DNA from: Eledone cirrhosa
Lineage: Eukaryota
Assembly: GCA_964016885.1 (NCBI GenBank)
Contig: CAXHJY010001712.1
Span: 1 to 64,000, forward strand
Direction: 5' to 3'
DNA length: 64,000 nucleotides
Positions 59,301 through 64,000 of this stretch are shown in pieces. The notes below the pieces were generated by a model, which was not told where the DNA came from, did not search any database, and saw only the letters and a list, made by a program, of their open reading frames with translations. The position numbers were made by a program, and so were the translations under genes. The number at the start of each line of letters is the position of its first letter. Position 1 is the stretch's first letter.

Positions 59301-62300
59301 TGACACCTACATGACCACTTTACAGTATGTACTGGGTGATTTTTGTTGTTACACCTACATGACCACTTTACAGTGTGGACGGGGTGATTTTTGTTGTGAC
59401 ACCTACATGATCACTTTACAGTGTGGGCTGGGTGATTTTTGTTATGAAACCTCCATGACCACTTTACAATGTGGACTGGGTAATGTTGTTGTGACACCTA
59501 ATGACCACTTTCCATTTGGACTGGGTGATTTTTGTTGTGACACCTACATATCTACTTTATAGTGTGGTAGGTGTGATTTTTTTTGTGACACGTAAATGAC
59601 CACTTTACAGTGTGGGCTGGGTGATTTGTGTTGTGACACCTACATGACCACTTTACAGTGTGGACTGGGTGTTTTTTGTCATAACACCTACATGACCTCT
59701 TTCCAGTGTGGACTGGGTGTTTTTTTTGTTGTGATAACTACATGACCACTTTACAGTGTGAACTAGGTGATTTTGTTGTTACATGTACATGACCACTTTA
59801 CAGTGTGGAATGGGTGTTTTTTGGTGTGACACGTACGTGACCACTTTACAGTGTGGTCTGGGTGTTTTTTGTTGTGACAACTACATGACCACTTTACAGT
59901 GTGGGCTGCGAGATTTTTGTTGTGACACCTACATGAACACTTTACAGTGTGGGCTGGGTACTTTTTGTTGTGACACCTACCTCACCACTTTACAGTGTGG
60001 TCTGGGTGATTTTTGTTGTGACACCTACATAACCACTTTACAGTGTGGACTAGGTGATTTTTGTTGTGACACCTACATGACCACTTTGCAGTGTGTACTG
60101 GGTGATTTTTGTTGTGACACCTACATGAACACTTTACGGTGTGGACTGGGTGATTTATGTTGTGACACCTACATGACCACTTTACAGTGTGGACTGGGAG
60201 CTTTTTGTTGTGACATCTATATGAACACTTTACAGTGTGTGCTGGGTGTTTTTTGTTGCGACACCTACATGACAACTTCACAGTGCGGACTGGGTGTTTT
60301 TTGTTGTGACACCTACATGACCACTTTACAGTGTGGAATGGGGGATTTTTGTTGTGACACCTACATGACCACTTTACAATGTGGGCTGGGTGATTTTTGT
60401 TGTGACACCTACATGACCACTTTGCAGTGTGTACTGGGTGATTTTTGTTGTGACACCTACATGAACACTTTATGGTGTGGACTGGGTGATTTATGTTGTG
60501 ACACCTACATGACCACTTTGCAGTGTGGACTGGGTGTTAGTTGTCATGACACCTACATGACTACTTTTCAGTGTGGACTGGGTGTTTTTGTTGTGACAAC
60601 TACATCACCACTTTACAGTGTGGACTGGGTGTTTTATGTTATGACACCTACGGGACCACTTTACAGTGTGGACTGGGTGCTTTTTGTTGTGCCACCTACA
60701 TGACTAACTTTATGGTGTGGACTGGGTGATTTTTGTTGTGACACATACATGACCACTTTACAGTGTGGATTGGGTGATTTTTGTTGTGACACCTCCATGA
60801 CCACTTTACAATGTGGGCTGGGTGATTTTTGTTGTGACACCTACATGACCACTTTACTGTGTGGGCTGGGTGATTTTTTGTTGTGACACATACATGACCA
60901 CTTTACAGTGTGGACTGGGTGATTTTTGTTGTGACACCTACATGAACACTTTGCAGTGTGTACTGGGTGATTTTTGTTGTGACACCTACATGACCACTTT
61001 ATGGTGTGGGCTGAGTGATTTATGTTGTGACGCTACATGACCACTTTACAGTGTGAACTGGGTGTTTGTTGTCATGACACCTACATGACCTCTTTCCAGT
61101 GTGGACTGGGTGTTTTTTGTTGTGATAACTACATGACCACGTTACAGTGTGGACTAGGTGATTTTGTTGTTACATGTACATGACCACTTTACAGTGGAAT
61201 GGGTACTTTTTGTTGTGACACCTACATGACCACTTTACAGCGTGGACTGGGTGATTTTTGTTGTGACACCTACATGACCACTTTACAGTGTGGACTGGCT
61301 GTTTTTTGTTGTGACAACTACATGACCACTTTACAGTGTGGCCTGGGTGATTTTTGTTGTGACACCTACATAATTACGTTACAGTGTGCGCTGGGTGATT
61401 TTTGTTGTTACACCTACATGAACACTTTACAGTGAGTACTGGGTGATTTTTGTTGTGACACGTACATATCACTTTACAGTGTGGGCTGGGTGATTTTTGT
61501 TATGAAACCTCCATGAACACTTTACAGTGTGGGCTGGGTGATGTTGTTGTGACACCTAATGACCACTTTACAGTGTGGACTGGGTGATTTCTGTTGTGAC
61601 ACCTACATATCTACTTTATAGTGTGGTCGGGGTGATTTTTTTTGTAACACGTACATGACCACTTTACAGTGTGGGCTGGGTGGTTTGTGTTGTGACACCT
61701 ACATGGCCACTTTACAGTGTGGACTGGGTGTTTTTTGTCATAACACCTACATGACCTCTTTCCAGTGTGGACTGGGTGTTTTTTTTGTTGTGATAACTAC
61801 ATGACCACTTTACAGTGTGGACTAGGTGATTTTGTTGTTACATGTACATAACCACTTTACAGTGTGGAATGGGTATTTTTTGGTGTGACACGTACGTGAC
61901 CACTTTACAGTGTGGTCTGGGTGTTTTTTGTTGTGACAACTACATGACCACTTTACAGTGTGGGCTGCGAGATTTTTGTTATGAAACCTACATGACCACT
62001 TTACAGTGTGGACTGGGTGATTTTGTTGTGACACCTACATGACCACTTTACAGTGGAATGGGTACTTTTTGTTGTGACACCTATATCATCAATTTACAGT
62101 GTGGACTGGGTGATTTTTATTGTGACACCTACATCACCACTTTGCAGTGTGGACTAGGTGATTTTTGTTGTGACGCCTACCTGTCCACTTTACAGTATAG
62201 GCTGGATGATTTTTGTTGTGACACCTATATGACAACTTTACAGTGTGGACTGGGTGATTTTTGTTGTGTCACCTACATGACCACTTTACAGTGTGGACTG

Positions 62301-64000
62301 GGTGATTTTTGTTGTGACACCTACATGACCACTTTACAGTGTGGGCTGGGTACTTTTTGTTGTGACACCTACCTTACCACTGTACAGTTTGGTCTGGGTG
62401 ATTTTTGTTGTGACACCTACATGACCACTTTACAGTGTGGACTGGGTGATTTTTGTTGTGACACCTACATGACCACTTTGCAGTGTGTACTCGGTGATTT
62501 TTGTTGTGACACCTACATGAACACTTTACGGTGTGGACTGGGTGATTTATGTTGTGACACCTACATGACCACTTTACAGTGTGTGCTGGGTGTTTGTTGT
62601 CATGACACCTACATGACCACTTTCCAGTGTGGACTGGCTGTTTTTTGTTGTGACAACTACATGACCACTTTACAGTGTGTACTGGGTAGTTTTTGTTGTG
62701 AAAACTACATGACCACTTTACAGTGTGGACTGGGAGCTTTTTGTTGTGACATCTACATGAACACTTTACAGTGTGGAATGGGGGATTTTTGTTGTGACAC
62801 CTACATGACCACTTTACAGTGTGGGCTGGGTGATTTTTGTTGTGTCACCTACATGACCACTTTGCAGTGTGTACTGGGTGATTTTTGTTGTGACACCTAC
62901 ATGAACACTTTATGGTGTGGACTGGGTGATTTATGTTGTGACATCTACATGACCACTTTACAGTGTGGACTGGGTGTTAGTTGTCATGACACCTACATGA
63001 CTACTTTTCAGTGTGGACTGGGTGTTTTTTGTTGTGATAACTACATGACCACGTTACAGTGTGGACTAGGTGATTTTGTTGTTACATGTACATGACCACT
63101 TTACAGTGGAATGGGTACTTTTTGTTGTGACACCTACATGACCACTTTACAGCGTGGACTGGGTGATTTTTGTTGTGACACCTACATGACCACTTTACAG
63201 TGTGGACTGGCTGTTTTTTGTTGTGACAACTACATGACCACTTTACAGTGTGGCCTGGGTGATTTTTGTTGTGACACCTACATAATTACGTTACAGTGTG
63301 CGCTGGGTGATTTTTGTTGTTACACCTACATGAACACTTTACAGTGAGTACTGGGTGATTTTTGTTGTGACACGTACATATCACTTTACAGTGTGGGCTG
63401 GGTGATTTTTGTTATGAAACCTCCATGAACACTTTACAGTGTGGGCTGGGTGATGTTGTTGTGACACCTAATGACCACTTTACAGTGTGGACTGGGTGAT
63501 TTCTGTTGTGACACCTACATATCTACTTTATAGTGTGGTCGGGGTGATTTTTTTTGTAACACGTACATGACCACTTTACAGTGTGGGCTGGGTGGTTTGT
63601 GTTGTGACACCTACATGGCCACTTTACAGTGTGGACTGGGTGTTTTTTGTCATAACACCTACATGACCTCTTTCCAGTGTGGACTGGGTGTTTTTTTTGT
63701 TGTGATAACTACATGACCACTTTACAGTGTGGACTAGGTGATTTTGTTGTTACATGTACATAACCACTTTACAGTGTGGAATGGGTATTTTTTGGTGTGA
63801 CACGTACGTGACCACTTTACAGTGTGGTCTGGGTGTTTTTTGTTGTGACAACTACATGACCACTTTACAGTGTGGGCTGCGAGATTTTTGTTATGAAACC
63901 TACATGACCACTTTACAGTGTGGACTGGGTGATTTTGTTGTGACACCTACATGACCACTTTACAGTGGAATGGGTACTTTTTGTTGTGACACCTATATCA
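44375..64000. repeat. 48-bp satellite array (~410 monomers), consensus GACACCTACATGACCACTTTACAGTGTGGACTGGGTGATTTTTGTTGT, with higher-order repeats
   Basis: Uninterrupted tandem array to the window end; 16-aa periodic translation DTYMTTLQCGLGDFCC. Confidence 0.98.

Noticed and set aside
44904-63954. Cys-rich 16-aa repeat protein (metallothionein- or keratin-associated-like)
   Set aside because: The 48-bp unit is stop-free in one frame by chance; frequent 1-2 nt indels and stops break frame; the monomer matches a non-coding UTR motif

Overview
Repeat-dominated eukaryotic (animal) DNA. The RTE/SINE repertoire and long AT microsatellites suggest a cephalopod such as Octopus, which is an inference. 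Layout: a ~35-bp minisatellite (1-4920); a ~26-kb interrupted (TA)n field (5050-30970) containing short inserted islands; one candidate host exon (31065-32237, minus strand, Tyr/Ser/Pro/Gln-rich); a mixed old-repeat zone (32300-44375); and a ~19.6-kb 48-bp satellite (44375-64000) whose monomer matches a motif in local RTE 3' UTRs and SINEs. The main result is a set of sequence-diverse Penelope-like 3'-end modules inserted in (TA)n. Most are fold-back inverted repeats with an unpaired tail. Seven elements carry type I hammerhead ribozyme folds (two of them in both arms), and eight share a covarying RCTC...GAGY stem in the tail. One hammerhead sits in the 3' end of a recognisable RT-thumb + GIY-YIG Penelope-like element. 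Nearly all ORFs in the supplied track are microsatellite or satellite translation artefacts. All structures were paired by eye, and boundaries may be off by a few bases.
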